64,000 bases of DNA from the NCBI GenBank assembly GCA_963797555.1, contig CAWCPV010000014.1, forward strand, positions 288,001 to 352,000. Reading direction: 5' to 3'. A program made the translations under genes and the position numbers. This DNA is from an uncultured Gammaproteobacteria bacterium (GTDB lineage Bacteria > Pseudomonadota > Gammaproteobacteria > CAWCPV01). The notes beneath the pieces were generated by a model. That model was not told where the DNA came from. It was given only the letters and a program-made list of their open reading frames with translations, and did no database searches. This document shows, one piece after another, positions 63,418-64,000 of this stretch; within the stretch, counting starts at the first letter, position 1, and each line of letters starts with the position of its first letter.

Positions 63418-63978
63418 ATGAAGCGCGTGGTTAAGTACATTAGAGAGAATCACCAATGGCTATTCTCCGGCATCGGCGCCAGTATATTGCTGGGACTGGG
63501 CGGGTGGCTCGCTTATTATTTCTTCTCCTGGTTGCACACTGAGCCCACTCCGCCAACAGCACCATCTATCCACGGCTCGCCTCCCGTGGCAACTGTGCCA
63601 TCAGGCATACAGGTTACTACTCCCGAACCCTCCCGGAAGGTGACACCACGAACCATTATGGAGCTATTATGGAGCAGATTGATTCGGCGCGACCGATGCA
63701 ACGCGCCGACATAGCAAGGTCTTTTGTGGACGCACCGGTTGTATGGGACTTACTATTTTTCGGCGCCGACGAAATTGACGATCAGCGCGTGCACCTTTCT
63801 TTTTTTCTCGGACCGAACATCCAAACGTAGTTGTTTCGTGTGTGGTGTCGACCGCAGAAGGGAACAAGCTTAGGTTACTCGATAAAAACGCGCCGGTGCG
63901 GGTCAGTGGAACGATAGAGAGCATTGATGAAGCCATCGATGTAATCCGCCTCAAGGATGCCAAAGTAGTGCCACGATG
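63418..63978 (+). CDS. Membrane-anchored orphan protein with possible OB-fold C-terminus (frameshifted)
   Basis: NHQWLFSGIG TM anchor, Pro linker; later frame PVRVSGTIESIDE..IRLKDAKVV. Confidence 0.5.
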
Positions 63979-64000
63979 AATCCGAAAGGCGGTGGGAATG

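Overview
GC-rich proteobacterial chromosomal window, probably from a gammaproteobacterial sulfur/metal oxidiser (inference). A housekeeping block sits on the right: proS, aspartate aminotransferase, uvrB and tRNA-Val(GAC). Most of the rest is a mosaic of accessory genes. Main points: (1) a candidate extracellular metal-oxidation toolkit, made of a Cyc2-type cytochrome-porin fusion, a 1463-aa secreted multicopper oxidase with FN3 domains, and a tandem array of secreted 9-heme cytochromes whose two promoter regions share a TTAA(T/G)-N6-TTAA(T/G) box; (2) a decayed integron with an intI fragment, a putative attI, one clear attC, a HEPN-like cassette and an AIPR-like fragment; (3) a DUF3604-PPIase-3xHupE/UreJ operon, a TsdA-like cytochrome and hdeA/hdeD; (4) an intact IS4-family element, an IS5 remnant and a dispersed MITE family; (5) repeat-preceded orphan genes after tRNA-Val. 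Many accessory genes carry frameshifts, which could be sequencing indels or real decay. All assignments come from motif recognition by eye; no searches were run.
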